Assembly: GCA_963827685.1 (NCBI GenBank)
Contig: CAWHBU010000003.1
Span: forward strand, 768,001-832,000
Origin: an uncultured delta proteobacterium
GTDB lineage: Bacteria; Desulfobacterota; BSN033; UBA1163
Direction of reading: 5' to 3'
DNA: 64,000 bases
In this document: piece after piece, positions 43,710 to 54,079 of the stretch
How positions within the stretch are numbered: position 1 is the first letter of the stretch
Layout: every line of letters begins with the position of its first letter
Notes under the pieces: model-generated
What the model saw: the letters and a program-made list of their open reading frames with translations, nothing else
What the model was told of the DNA's origin: nothing
The model's database searches: none
Position numbers and translations under genes: made by a program

Positions 43710-43790
43710 GGCGATCTCCCTCCCTTCTCATTGAATTTATTTTTTCAAAGTAACTGAAATCATTGAGGTTTACCTATCTCTCAAATGAGC

Positions 43791-43850
43791 ACAAAAAAAA
43801 GAGCTACCAACTTTCGGTAACTCGATTTGGTCTCCAACCAAACGAGACAC
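43791..43850 (-). terminator. Leader terminator / candidate attenuator upstream of the PxxKW gene
   Basis: GAGTTACC-GAAAGTT-GGTAGCTC-T8 between a TTGACA (43878-43883) and the ATG. Confidence 0.65.
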
Positions 43851-43899
43851 TTAGTTTCTAATATACTTTTTCAATTTTGTCAAGAAAAAATCTTGAGAG

Positions 43900-45440
43900 T
43901 GTGTTAGCAAAGTAGAAATGTCCCCATTAACTGCTTAAGTTAAAATGTCCCCATGGAACAGGAGAAGATACTCATGGGGCAGAGGGAGTTAAAGAGGTGG
44001 CATCTGATGGAGATCGTAAAGGTAGGGAAGATCACCTTGAGGGAGGCTGGAGAGAGGATAGGTGTGTCCTACCGTCAGGCGAAGCGGATTGGGCAAGCGA
44101 TCCGGGAGAGAGGGATCAAAGCCTTGGTGCATGGTAACAGGGGACGACCTTCGAACCACCGGCTCAAGGAGTCCTTACGAGAAAGGGTATTAAAGCTGTC
44201 GGAAGAGGTTTACTGGGACTTTAACGATACCCATTTTACGGAGAAACTTCGGGAGTGCGAAGGGATCGATTTGAATCGAGAGACGGTGAGGAAGTTACGG
44301 CGGGAGGCGGGGATGGCACCCAAGCGCAGGCGTCGGGGACCTAAGCATCGAAAGCGACGGGAGCGAATGGCTCAAGAAGGATGGATGGTCCTCTGGGATG
44401 GGAGTCCCCACCCCTGGTTTGGCCGAGACCTTCCACCTTGCTGTCTGATGGCTGCCATCGATGATGCGACCGGGAAACTGCTGGCCGCCCGTTTCTTTCC
44501 CTTTGAAGGTTCCGCAGGCTATTTCTGGCTTCTTAAAGAGATGATTAAAAAATATGGAATCCCAATGATGATCTATCAGGATCGCCACGGGTCGTTGCAT
44601 CGGAATGACCCTCACTGGAGCTTGGAAGAGCAACTCGCTGGCCGACAGGAACCGACTCAAGTCGGATTAGCTCTCGAAGCCTTGGGGATTGAGCCGATCT
44701 CGGCTCTTTCTCCTCAGGCCAAAGGAAGGATAGAAAAACTCTTTGCCACCCTGCAGGATCGTCTGGGAGCAGAACTCCGTTTAAAAGAAATTGTAACGAT
44801 GGAAGAGGCCAATCGCTTTTTACAATCAACCTTTTTAAAAGACTTTAACCGTCGCTTTGCCGTCAGACCCAGAGAATCCCAAAAAGCCTGGAGAGAAGTC
44901 CCAAACCATCTGGACCTGGATCGAATCATCAGCTTTCGCTATACGGCTACGGTCGGCAACGATAATACGGCTCGGCTGGGAGGATTGGTTCTCGATATTC
45001 CCCCTGGCCCTCAAAGAAGATCCTATGCGAAGCTCAAGGTGGAAGCTCGGCAGCTTCTCAACGGATCTTGGAGAATCTACGCTCAAGATCAGTTGATTGC
45101 GAAACATCCTCCTACTTCCCTCCGGGAACCGGTGAGAGCTCTTCCCCGAAAGAAACACCATGCAAAAGGAGTTAAAGATTACCACTGGGTCTATCTCGCT
45201 TCAGCACCCTCCAGGGAAGGTGACCCTTACCCCCTGCTCATCGAACATCGTTGATTGTAGCGCAACCTGGCGATTCACATTTCGCTTGTTGCCCATTAAT
45301 AGGGATCTCTTATGAGAGCTCACTTAAAAAAAAGAAACTCAAATTGAAGTTCATCCACTCACTCAAGGGTCAAGATCAAAACCCTTGGAGGGGACATTTT
45401 CACGTTGCAGTTAAGGGGACATATTGACTTCGCTTAAACA
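43900..45440 (+). mobile_element. IS1202-family (former ISNCY) element; transposase 43953-45254
   Basis: TGT...ACA ends with repeated AAATGTCCCC boxes, 16-bp duplication GAAAAAATCTTGAGAG, motifs DGSPH, IDDAT, YQDRH, AKGRIE. Confidence 0.93.
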
Positions 45441-45700
45441 GAAAAAATCTTGAGAGCTCTGAAAAACTTATTTTCGCTCTCTGATTACGCAGATTTCAAA
45501 AACTGATTCCACAGATTTTTCTTTAGTTTCAATGCCTTTTAATCTGTGTAATCGGCTCATAATCGGTGTAATCAGAGATTTCTGGGCTTTTTCAGAAATC
45601 TCATCTTGACAGGCTTTGTAAACTTGGTTATTCGTCACTTGACAGCCGATTGGAGCCGGTATCTTAATAAAATCTCCATTTGGCGTGTGACGCTCCTCCA

Positions 45701-47092
45701 ATGCTATCACTCTACATCAAACGAATCCTAACCATTGTATTTCTTCACCTCGTGATCTTGGGGAACGCTCCTCAGCATCTCCTCGCTTCACCTCGACTTC
45801 CCCATGTTACACCGGAGATGGAGAGACCTGAATTTTGGATTCAGAAGATTAAGAATCCAATGAACCTATTGCTGACCCCTGAGAAGATTCATAAGATGAA
45901 TGAAGAAAATCTAAAAAGATCGGACCTTCGCCTTTGCAGAATAAAAGACCTAAAGGAAGATTGGCCAAAAGAGGAGATTCTTTCTCTTCTAAAGGAGGAT
46001 TGGGAAAGTTTTGGGAGAACCGAAGAGGTTCGATATGGCCAAAGCGGAACCCCCCTTGGAGATTTTTTTTGGAATAAATTAAGAGACAATCTGAACCAAG
46101 AATCCCTGAAGGAAAGCGGCCGAATGATGTACGCTCTGGTCGCCAAACGGACAGATATTCGTGTCTTTCCTACGGATGAACTCTCGATGAGCACTCCTAA
46201 CCATTATGAGTTTGATCGTTTTCAACACTCCTCTATCTCTCCAGGATCTCCGATTGGAATCTACCACTTCAGCCAAGATAAAGAGTGGGCCTATGTCCAA
46301 ACCCACTTTATCCGTGGATGGGTACGCACACATGATCTGGCTATCGCCAAAGAGAGAAGTGAGGTGGTGGATAATGAAGAAGCCAAGGACCGATTGGTCA
46401 TCACAGGAAATCTTGTTGCTGTCTTTGGCGATATCTCTCTCCGGCAGCCAGTTTTTCTTGCCCAGATGGGAGACTCCTTCCCTCTCCTCAGTATTCCTGG
46501 AGGGAATAAAAGTAGTAACGCATTCCATGTCATCCATATCCCTTGGAGAGAGGATAACGGACAGTTGATTTTTCGGAAAGGATACGTCCGTGCAGACGAG
46601 GATGTTCATCAAGGCTTTCTCCCCTATACTCAAGAAAATGTTGCACGTCAGGCCTTTAAAATGCTCAACCACCCTTACGGTTGGGGAGATAGGCTTGGCG
46701 GCAGGGACTGTTCCCGTTTCATCATGGACCTCTTCGGGACCTTCGGTATTCTGATGCCCCGAAACTCAAAAGAACAGGCAATGGTTGGAATAGATCTTGG
46801 TCTGGTGGAGGGAAAGACCGACAAAGAAAAACAAAAGTTGTTGGATCGATCCATCCCCCTGGCCACCACCCTCCGGCTGCCCGGTCATATCATGCTCTAT
46901 CTCGGCAAGGATAAAGGGAAGTACTATGCCATCCACAGTATCTGGGGAATCCAGAAATCGGGAAAGGCTGGTCCAACAGTAGAAAAGATTGGAAAGGTGG
47001 TCGTTTCTGATCTAAGTTTAGGCAGAAAGGGACCCAGCCGATCATTATTGGATCGCATCACCGATATCCGAATGATTGGGTCAAATTTTTGA
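45701..47092 (+). CDS. Secreted SH3 + NlpC/P60 peptidase
   Basis: PYGWG...RDCSRF, PRNS, GHIMLYLG; start approximate. Confidence 0.88.
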   Translation: MLSLYIKRILTIVFLHLVILGNAPQHLLASPRLPHVTPEMERPEFWIQKIKNPMNLLLTPEKIHKMNEENLKRSDLRLCRIKDLKEDWPKEEILSLLKEDWESFGRTEEVRYGQSGTPLGDFFWNKLRDNLNQESLKESGRMMYALVAKRTDIRVFPTDELSMSTPNHYEFDRFQHSSISPGSPIGIYHFSQDKEWAYVQTHFIRGWVRTHDLAIAKERSEVVDNEEAKDRLVITGNLVAVFGDISLRQPVFLAQMGDSFPLLSIPGGNKSSNAFHVIHIPWREDNGQLIFRKGYVRADEDVHQGFLPYTQENVARQAFKMLNHPYGWGDRLGGRDCSRFIMDLFGTFGILMPRNSKEQAMVGIDLGLVEGKTDKEKQKLLDRSIPLATTLRLPGHIMLYLGKDKGKYYAIHSIWGIQKSGKAGPTVEKIGKVVVSDLSLGRKGPSRSLLDRITDIRMIGSNF

Positions 47093-47273
47093 GTTGAAAA
47101 AGCTTTTTTCATCAGTTAACCTTCTCATAAAACCGTCGATGAAACAGGGGGCATCTTTTAGAAATCCCCTCTCCATGTGAAGAAACGCCATTACAATTCT
47201 GCCATTACAATTCTGCTTGACAATTATCATAAAATATATAGAATTTTTAAGATTTAGACAGGGTTAGAGAGAT

Positions 47274-48254
47274 TTGAAAGCTTTAGTGACAGGAGGAACA
47301 GGGTTTATTGGAAGCCATCTCGTCGAAGCGCTTCTTCAGCAGGGAGTTCAAGTCCGCTGCCTTCTGCGGAAGTCGAGCGATTTGAAGTGGCTGCAGGGTC
47401 TCCCCATCGAGTTCGTCCAGGGTGATTGCAATGACAAAACCTCCTTAGAAGAGGTTGTGAAGGATAACGATTGGGTGTTCCATTTAGCCGGCGTGACGAA
47501 GGCCCTCAGAGAAGAGACGTATTTTGATGTAAACGGCCTTGGAACCGAGAACCTGATTTTGGCCTGTCTCGAAAAGAATCCTCGTCTTCAAAAATTCATC
47601 TACGTTTCGAGCCAGGCAGCGGCAGGACCCAGTCGAAATGGGAATAAAAAAAAGGAGTCAGATCCCTGTGAACCGATTTCCCTTTACGGCCAGAGCAAAC
47701 GTATGGGAGAAGAACTGGCTCTTGCCCACGCGCATGAACTACCGGTCCTCATCCTTAGGCCTTCCGGGGTGTATGGACCAAGGGATAGAGATATCTTTGC
47801 CTTTTTTAAATGCCTCTCCAAAAGGATCAATCCGTGTCTCATCGGTCAGGATCAACATCTTAACCTCTGTTATGTGGGGGATATTGTCCAAGGAATTCTA
47901 TTGGCCGCTAAAACTCGGACACAGAGTGGAGAGATATTTTTCCTCTCCGATGGTAACGACTATCGGATGGAAGAAATCGGTGATATCTTTGCGCAGGCCA
48001 TGGGAATCACTGCTTTATGCATTCGTGTTCCTAAACAAATGATATTGGGAATCGCCTTTTTTTCAGAATATCTTTCTAAATTTTCTAAGAGACCTGCCCT
48101 CCTGAACAGAGATAAAGCAGTGGAGATGATTCAAAAAGATTGGGTTTGTGATATCACAAAGGCCAAGACGGTCTTAGGTTTTGAACCCCGGATCCCTCTG
48201 TCAGAAGGAGCCAAATTGACCATCGAATGGTACAAAAAAGAAAATTGGTTATAG
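47274..48254 (+). CDS. Extended SDR NAD-dependent reductase (candidate ceramide reductase CerR)
   Basis: TGGTGFIG, VSSQAAAGP, YGQSK; operonic with spt. Confidence 0.8.
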   Translation: MKALVTGGTGFIGSHLVEALLQQGVQVRCLLRKSSDLKWLQGLPIEFVQGDCNDKTSLEEVVKDNDWVFHLAGVTKALREETYFDVNGLGTENLILACLEKNPRLQKFIYVSSQAAAGPSRNGNKKKESDPCEPISLYGQSKRMGEELALAHAHELPVLILRPSGVYGPRDRDIFAFFKCLSKRINPCLIGQDQHLNLCYVGDIVQGILLAAKTRTQSGEIFFLSDGNDYRMEEIGDIFAQAMGITALCIRVPKQMILGIAFFSEYLSKFSKRPALLNRDKAVEMIQKDWVCDITKAKTVLGFEPRIPLSEGAKLTIEWYKKENWL

Positions 48255-48271
48255 AGAGAACGAGGTGATCT

Positions 48272-49453
48272 ATGGATCTCTTTGAAAAATGTTTGAAAAT
48301 TTACGAACAGACCCAAGGGTTGAGAGCAAACGGTCATTATTTCTTCTTCAGAAAGCTCGAATCGCCCCAGGATGCTGAAGTGGTGGTCAACGGGAAACGG
48401 GTGATCATGATCGGCTCCAATAATTATCTCGGACTCACCAATCATCCTCGGGTCAAGGAAGCCGCCATCAAAGCCATTGAAAAATTTGGAAGCGGCTGCG
48501 CCGGCTCACGATTCCTTAATGGGAATCTCGAAATCCACGAAGAATTGGAAAGCAAGTTAGCCCGTTTCTTTCGGAAAGAGGCAGCCCTTGTTTTCGCGAC
48601 GGGTTATCAGACCAATCTGGGAACCATCTCTGCCCTTCTGGGCCGAAATGATGTAGCCATTATTGATAAATACGATCACGCCAGCATCATTGACGGTTGT
48701 CGTCTCTCTTTCGGTCGAGTGAAAAAATACCGTCATGATGATATGGAGGATCTGGAACGGGTCCTCGAAGCGGCGAAAGACAAAGGTAAATTGATCATCG
48801 TGGACGGCATCTTCAGTATGGAAGGGGACATCGCTGATCTCCCTAACATTGTCAAATTAGCTAAAGCCTACGGTGCCAGGGTGATGGTAGATGATGCCCA
48901 TGGGGTTGGAGTTTTAGGAGCGGGAGGGAGAGGGACGGCGGAACACTTCGGTCTGGAAGATCAGGTGGACCTTATTATGGGGACGTATAGCAAATCCCTC
49001 GCTGCCATTGGAGGGTTTGTGGCGGGTTCAAAATTGGTGATCGATTTTATCAAGCACATCGCCCGCTCGATGATCTTCAGTGCCAGTCTTCCACCTTCCC
49101 TGGTGGCCTCGGTCAGTACGGCTTTGGATATCATTGAAGAACAGCCACAATTAAGAACACAGCTCTGGAAGAACACACATAAAATGCTCAAAAGCTATAA
49201 AGAGCTGGGGTATGATACCGGCACAAGTGAAACGCCTATTGTTCCCATCATTATTAAGGATGACATGAAAGTCTACGCGATGTGTAAGTTCCTTTTCGAA
49301 AATGGCGTCTTTGTCAATGCAGTCGTCAGCCCTGCTGTGCCTCCGGGGAGGGAACTGCTCAGGACAAGTTATATGGCGACCCATACCGAAGAGCAGTTGG
49401 ATAGGGTCCTGGGCGCCTTCAAAAAGGTCGGAAAACAATTGGGGCTCATTTGA
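48272..49453 (+). CDS. spt: Serine palmitoyltransferase (alpha-oxoamine synthase family)
   Basis: SNNYLGL, GSRFLNG (Spt-type), TGYQTNLG, HASIIDG, DDAHG, GTYSKS. Confidence 0.8.
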   Translation: MDLFEKCLKIYEQTQGLRANGHYFFFRKLESPQDAEVVVNGKRVIMIGSNNYLGLTNHPRVKEAAIKAIEKFGSGCAGSRFLNGNLEIHEELESKLARFFRKEAALVFATGYQTNLGTISALLGRNDVAIIDKYDHASIIDGCRLSFGRVKKYRHDDMEDLERVLEAAKDKGKLIIVDGIFSMEGDIADLPNIVKLAKAYGARVMVDDAHGVGVLGAGGRGTAEHFGLEDQVDLIMGTYSKSLAAIGGFVAGSKLVIDFIKHIARSMIFSASLPPSLVASVSTALDIIEEQPQLRTQLWKNTHKMLKSYKELGYDTGTSETPIVPIIIKDDMKVYAMCKFLFENGVFVNAVVSPAVPPGRELLRTSYMATHTEEQLDRVLGAFKKVGKQLGLI

Positions 49454-49467
49454 CGGAGATCCATGTC

Positions 49468-50593
49468 ATGACAAAACAGGAACTCCAGGTTGAAGAAGTA
49501 AAAAATCAACAAGACCTCATGACCTTCATCCGATTCCCCTGGGAGATTTATCAGGGCGATCCGTATTGGGTCCCTCCTCTCATCAAAGATCAGCTTTCAA
49601 AATTTAGCCCAAATCATCCCTTCAGTTCCCATTCGGAGATGATCTTTTTTCTGGCGTACCGGGGAGGAAAGGTCGTTGGAAGAATTGTGGGCATCATCGA
49701 CCACCACTACATTGAGTTTCACCAGGAGAAAGTGGGTTTCTTCGGTTTCTTCGGAATCCATTCCCGATGCGGAAGTAGCGGGAACGCTTCTTTCAAGAGT
49801 CGCCGATTGGTTAAAAGGGCATGGGATGGAAAAGATGGCTGGACCGATGAATCCCTCTACCAACGATGAATGCGGTCTTCTCGTCGAGGGATTTGATTCC
49901 TCTCCTTGCCTGATGATGCCTTACAACCCTCGCACTTATCCCTCTTTGTTGGAGGGCTTTGGGCTGAAGAAGAAAATGGATCTTTATGCCTACCTGCTGG
50001 AAGAGCCTACTTTCCATCTCACACGTCTGGATCGTATCACCGAGAGGTTGAGAAAGAGGGAACCTCAACTTTCTGTTCGCCCCATCCAGCTCCGGCATTT
50101 CGACGAGGAACTAAAAATTGTCAAAGAGATTTACAACGAGGCCTGGAGCAAAAATTGGGGGTTCGTTCCAATGACCGACAAAGAGATCAATCTGACAGCA
50201 AAAGAGCTGAAGCCCCTGGTCGTTTCTGAATTGATCCTCTTTGCCTACTGGGGGAAAGACCCCATCGCCTTTTCAGTCTCCCTTCCAGATTATTATGAGG
50301 TTCTCAAACACCTGAACGGAAAGATCGGGCTTTTAGGTGCGATCAAGTTCCTTTACTATTCAAAAAAAATTCATAAGATTCGAGTGATGCTTCTGGGCGT
50401 GAAACATGACTTTCAGAAAAAAGGTGTGGAAGGCCTCCTCTATATAGAAACCTTTAAGAGAGGGAACAAGAAGGGTTACCACGCAGCAGAATGCTCATGG
50501 ATTCTTGAAGAAAATGTCCTGATGCAACACGGGATCGAAGCGATGGGGGGGAAACGTTATAAGACTTATCGGATTTATGAGACTCCCCTCTAA
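49468..50593 (+). pseudogene. GNAT-fold bacterial ceramide synthase-like gene with one extra G at 49753 (possible sequencing error)
   Basis: PYWVPPL, FGFF|ESI junction, GPMNPSTNDECGLL, MPYNP, NWGF, SWILEEN. Confidence 0.8.
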
Positions 50594-50637
50594 TCGGAAA
50601 GGAGAGGGCGGAAGGGAGCAGAGAAAAAAACTACCTT

Positions 50638-51525
50638 CTACATTCTACTCTCCACATTCTGAGTACCACCTCCCACATTCCACCGTCGGTAAAGTCGAGG
50701 GCCGAAGATCATACACCCTGTGGCGAATGTCATTCCAACCAAGAGATCAATCACATAATGGTATCTCAGATAGATGGTGGAGAGAATGAGAGCACAGATA
50801 ATAGGGAGAAAGAGATAGAAAAGGACCTTTTCATAGCGATGGGCCAGGTATAAAACGATGAGGACGATCTGGGTGTGGCCGCTGGGCATACAATCTCGCT
50901 TATTATGCTCCAGAGCATTCAATGCATCTCTGACAAAATCGGTGATAAAGCTTCCTTCGAGAGGGACAGAGTAGAGATGGGTTAATGCATAACGAGGCCC
51001 GACAGCAGGGAAGAGGATATAGCCGATAAAGGAAACATAGTATCCAAAAGCCAAGACAAAAACCGACCGATCCAACTCCACCATCCGATCCTTCAGATAA
51101 AGGACGGTAATGAGAACCACCGGGATGAAGTAATAGCTGAGGTATGCCAAAGACATGATATCTGTAAACCCAGGGACGATCCACCGCTCCATCCATAGGG
51201 TGGGTTGGACCCCGAAAATGGAAAAATCAATTTTGATCAACCAGGGGTCGATATCCGCCTGGAGATGCTGGATCAAATCGCCAAGGGACTCATAGATGAG
51301 GATGACAAATAGGATGGGAGAAAAATGATGGAAGAATGTTCCTGCCTTTCCCATCGCTTTTCGGTCCCATGATAATTTGAGGACAAAGAGAAGACCTAAT
51401 AAGACGAAATAACGAAAGAGCAAAGAATGCCAGAGTGGAATGCGGCCCCGGAAGACAAGAGTCAAAATGATTAAGCCGAGCAAGAAAAAAAGGGTCAACC
51501 CTTGAACAGGAGCGATTCTTTTCAT
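50638..51525 (-). CDS. Aur1/IPC-synthase-like PAP2 membrane enzyme
   Basis: YILFPAVGPRY, CMPSGHT, YLRYHYVIDL; multi-TM. Confidence 0.8.
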   Translation of the reverse strand: MKRIAPVQGLTLFFLLGLIILTLVFRGRIPLWHSLLFRYFVLLGLLFVLKLSWDRKAMGKAGTFFHHFSPILFVILIYESLGDLIQHLQADIDPWLIKIDFSIFGVQPTLWMERWIVPGFTDIMSLAYLSYYFIPVVLITVLYLKDRMVELDRSVFVLAFGYYVSFIGYILFPAVGPRYALTHLYSVPLEGSFITDFVRDALNALEHNKRDCMPSGHTQIVLIVLYLAHRYEKVLFYLFLPIICALILSTIYLRYHYVIDLLVGMTFATGCMIFGPRLYRRWNVGGGTQNVESRM

Positions 51526-51579
51526 TTGTGAGAAGTCTATATATATTATAAAGGAAGAAAAATCAAGGATGATGAGTTA

Positions 51580-51790
51580 CCCAAAAATAGACATTGAAAA
51601 AGACAAACCCCAAAAACTCCCCTCCCCTGGTGGGAGGGGATTAAGGGGAGGGAATAAAAATGGTGATAATGCACCCTCACCCCAGCCCTCTCCCATCAAG
51701 GGAGAGGGGGAACTGGATCGAGTCAATGTCTATTTTGGGGAGTTAAGAGTTAAGAGTTATGAGTTATGAATTATGAATTATGAATTATGA
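51580..51790. repeat. TIR MITE (CCCAAAAATAGACATTGA / TCAATGTCTATTTTGGG) inside a GAGTTAT-type heptamer run
   Basis: TIRs at 51580 and 51739; two C/G hairpins inside; heptamers 51740-51790. Confidence 0.75.
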
Positions 51791-51833
51791 GGCAAATAGT
51801 TAAAGGCTCAGAATAGGAGCCTTTTTAGGAGGA

Positions 51834-53564
51834 ATGGAAATGCGATATTCGCAATATTTGCTGCCGACATTGAAGGAGATTCCTTCTGAAGCCGAAGTCC
51901 CCAGCCATCAACTGATGTTTCGGGCGGGGATGATACGGAAACTGGCTTCCGGTATCTATTCCTACCTGCCCTTTGGTCTTCGATCTATTCAAAAAGTCGA
52001 AACCATCATCCGTGAGGAGATGAATCGAGCCGGTGCCATTGAGGTCTTGCTTCCTTTTGTTCAGCCTGCGGAGCTCTGGCAGGAGAGCCATCGGTGGGAA
52101 GAATATGGGAGTGAACTGGCAAGGTTTAAGGATCGCCACAACAGGGATTGTTGTCTGGGGCCTACCCATGAGGAGGTCATTACGGATATCGCCCGAAAAG
52201 AGATCCGATCGTATCGCCAGATGCCGCTCAATCTCTATCAGATCCAGACCAAATTCAGAGACGAGATCCGGCCTCGGTTCGGCGTCATGCGCGCCCGTGA
52301 ATTTATCATGAAAGATGCTTATAGTTTCGATACCGATGAAAAGGGAGTTAACGAAAGTTACCAAAAAATGATCGAAGCCTATACGCGCATCTTCACCCGA
52401 TGTGGTTTGAAATTCAAAGCGGTGGAGGCGGAGACCGGTCTGATCGGAGGAACATTCTCCCACGAATTTATGGTTCTGGCCGAAACCGGAGAGGAAACCA
52501 TCGTTAGCTGTACGCACTGTTCTTATGCGGCCAATATTGAAAAAGCTGAATTTCGGAGACGGGCAAAAAGCGGACGTACTCGTGAAAAAGAATCTCAGAA
52601 GCCTGTCCAGAAAGTATTAACCCCTGAGAAGCGAACCGTTGAAGAGGTCACCCAGTTTCTCCATGTCTCGCCCCAGGATTTGGTGAAAACTCTTATTTTC
52701 GAAAGCGATAAGGGATGCGTCGCGGCCTTGGTCCGCGGAGACCATGAGATCAGCGAAAAGAAGTTGAAAGCCGCATGGGGCTCAGAAAACATTCAATTGG
52801 CCAGTGAGGAGACAGTGGAAGAAGTTACCCATGCTCCCAAAGGATTTGCTGGCCCCATCGGTCTCTCCGTCCCACTTCTCGCCGATCACGATATCCACGA
52901 GATGGTCAACTTCGTCACCGGAGCCAACGAAAAGGATGCCCACCTGACTCATGTAAATACGGGCCGCGATTTTCAGGTCTCTCAATTTGCGGACATCCGG
53001 AAATTCTCTCCCGGAGACCTATGCCCTCTTTGTGGAAGAGAGACCAGGACGGATGAGGGGATTGAGGTCGGTCATACCTTTAAGCTGGGAACCAAATACA
53101 GTAAGGCCATGGGAGCCACTTTTTTGGATGAGCAGGGAAGAGAAAAAGAGATTGTCATGGGGTGCTATGGGATTGGTGTGGGAAGAACGGTCGCCGCTGC
53201 CATTGAACAGTCCTATGATCAAAATGGGATCATCTTCCCCATGCCCATCGCTCCCTTCCAGGTTCTCATCCTTCCGGTCAATATCAAAATGGACATCCTG
53301 AAGGAGGCCGCAGAGCAACTCTATCAAACCCTTTCGAACACAGGTATAGAAGTCTTGTACGATGATCGCGAAGAGACCCCTGGAGTAAAATTCAAAGACG
53401 CGGATCTCATCGGGATTCCACTGAGGGTGACTTTTGGAGAAAAGAATTTGAAAAAAGGGTTGGTGGAAATCAAGAAGAGGAGGACCGGGGAGATCTTCCT
53501 GGTGAAGAAGGAGGAGGTCCCGGGGAAGGTTAAAGAGATGATCGATCAGGAAATGGGGGGATAG
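51834..53564 (+). CDS. proS: Prolyl-tRNA synthetase
   Basis: GPTHEE, KFRDEIRPRFG, editing insertion, MGCYGIG, DADLIG. Confidence 0.98.
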   Translation: MEMRYSQYLLPTLKEIPSEAEVPSHQLMFRAGMIRKLASGIYSYLPFGLRSIQKVETIIREEMNRAGAIEVLLPFVQPAELWQESHRWEEYGSELARFKDRHNRDCCLGPTHEEVITDIARKEIRSYRQMPLNLYQIQTKFRDEIRPRFGVMRAREFIMKDAYSFDTDEKGVNESYQKMIEAYTRIFTRCGLKFKAVEAETGLIGGTFSHEFMVLAETGEETIVSCTHCSYAANIEKAEFRRRAKSGRTREKESQKPVQKVLTPEKRTVEEVTQFLHVSPQDLVKTLIFESDKGCVAALVRGDHEISEKKLKAAWGSENIQLASEETVEEVTHAPKGFAGPIGLSVPLLADHDIHEMVNFVTGANEKDAHLTHVNTGRDFQVSQFADIRKFSPGDLCPLCGRETRTDEGIEVGHTFKLGTKYSKAMGATFLDEQGREKEIVMGCYGIGVGRTVAAAIEQSYDQNGIIFPMPIAPFQVLILPVNIKMDILKEAAEQLYQTLSNTGIEVLYDDREETPGVKFKDADLIGIPLRVTFGEKNLKKGLVEIKKRRTGEIFLVKKEEVPGKVKEMIDQEMGG

Positions 53565-53633
53565 GCCGATTTCAGATTGCAGATTGAAGATCTTAGATTG
53601 AATTTCGAAGATGAAAAATTGGAGATTGCAGAT

Positions 53634-53742
53634 TTGAAGCTCCCCGCCCGCAGGGCGGGGCTTCCCGGCATTGTAACATCATTCATATTGTGCCCCTTAA
53701 CCCCGCTTACAAGGCGGGGCTTGCGGGGCACGTTCCGGTCAA
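53634..53742 (-). mobile_element. IS605-derived PATE-like element, copy 4 (simplest form)
   Basis: TTGAC-CGGAACGTGCCCC hairpin ... GAAGCCCCGCCCTGCGGGCGGGGAGCTTCAA. Confidence 0.78.
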
Positions 53743-53993
53743 GATCGAGAATCCCACCCGAATCTTTCTTGAATCACCCGATTAAACCGTGGTCGATAGA
53801 TCAACTCGAAGGTCCCTTCTTTTCCAGGGAAGAGGCCGCAAGCCGCCCTTTTCACATCCTCGACCAGCTCCTGCGCCTCTTCAAGCACCAGGTCATCCTG
53901 CTGGATTGACAAGATAGAAAAATCGACTAAGAACCGGAGATAACGAATCTTCCGGTTCTCCTCTTTAATCTGGCTATCTTCTCCCCTCATCAT
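53739..53993 (-). CDS. Small hypothetical protein
   Basis: EENRKIRYLRFLVD...LFPGKEGTFELIYRPRFNR; AAGGA SD. Confidence 0.75.
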   Translation of the reverse strand: MMRGEDSQIKEENRKIRYLRFLVDFSILSIQQDDLVLEEAQELVEDVKRAACGLFPGKEGTFELIYRPRFNRVIQERFGWDSRS

Positions 53994-54079
53994 TTATCCT
54001 TTTATAACACAAATTATTCATTGACAGCACCTTCAGAACATTTATATGATAGGGTACAAAAGTTGAGGAATATTGACTG

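Noticed and set aside
47187-47215. 14-bp tandem duplication GCCATTACAATTCT next to the -35 of the ceramide operon
   Set aside because: Could be an operator, but a single slippage duplication is equally likely
48272-49453. BioF or Kbl assignment
   Set aside because: GSRFLNG motif and bCerS/CerR-like neighbours favour Spt; no bio or tdh genes nearby
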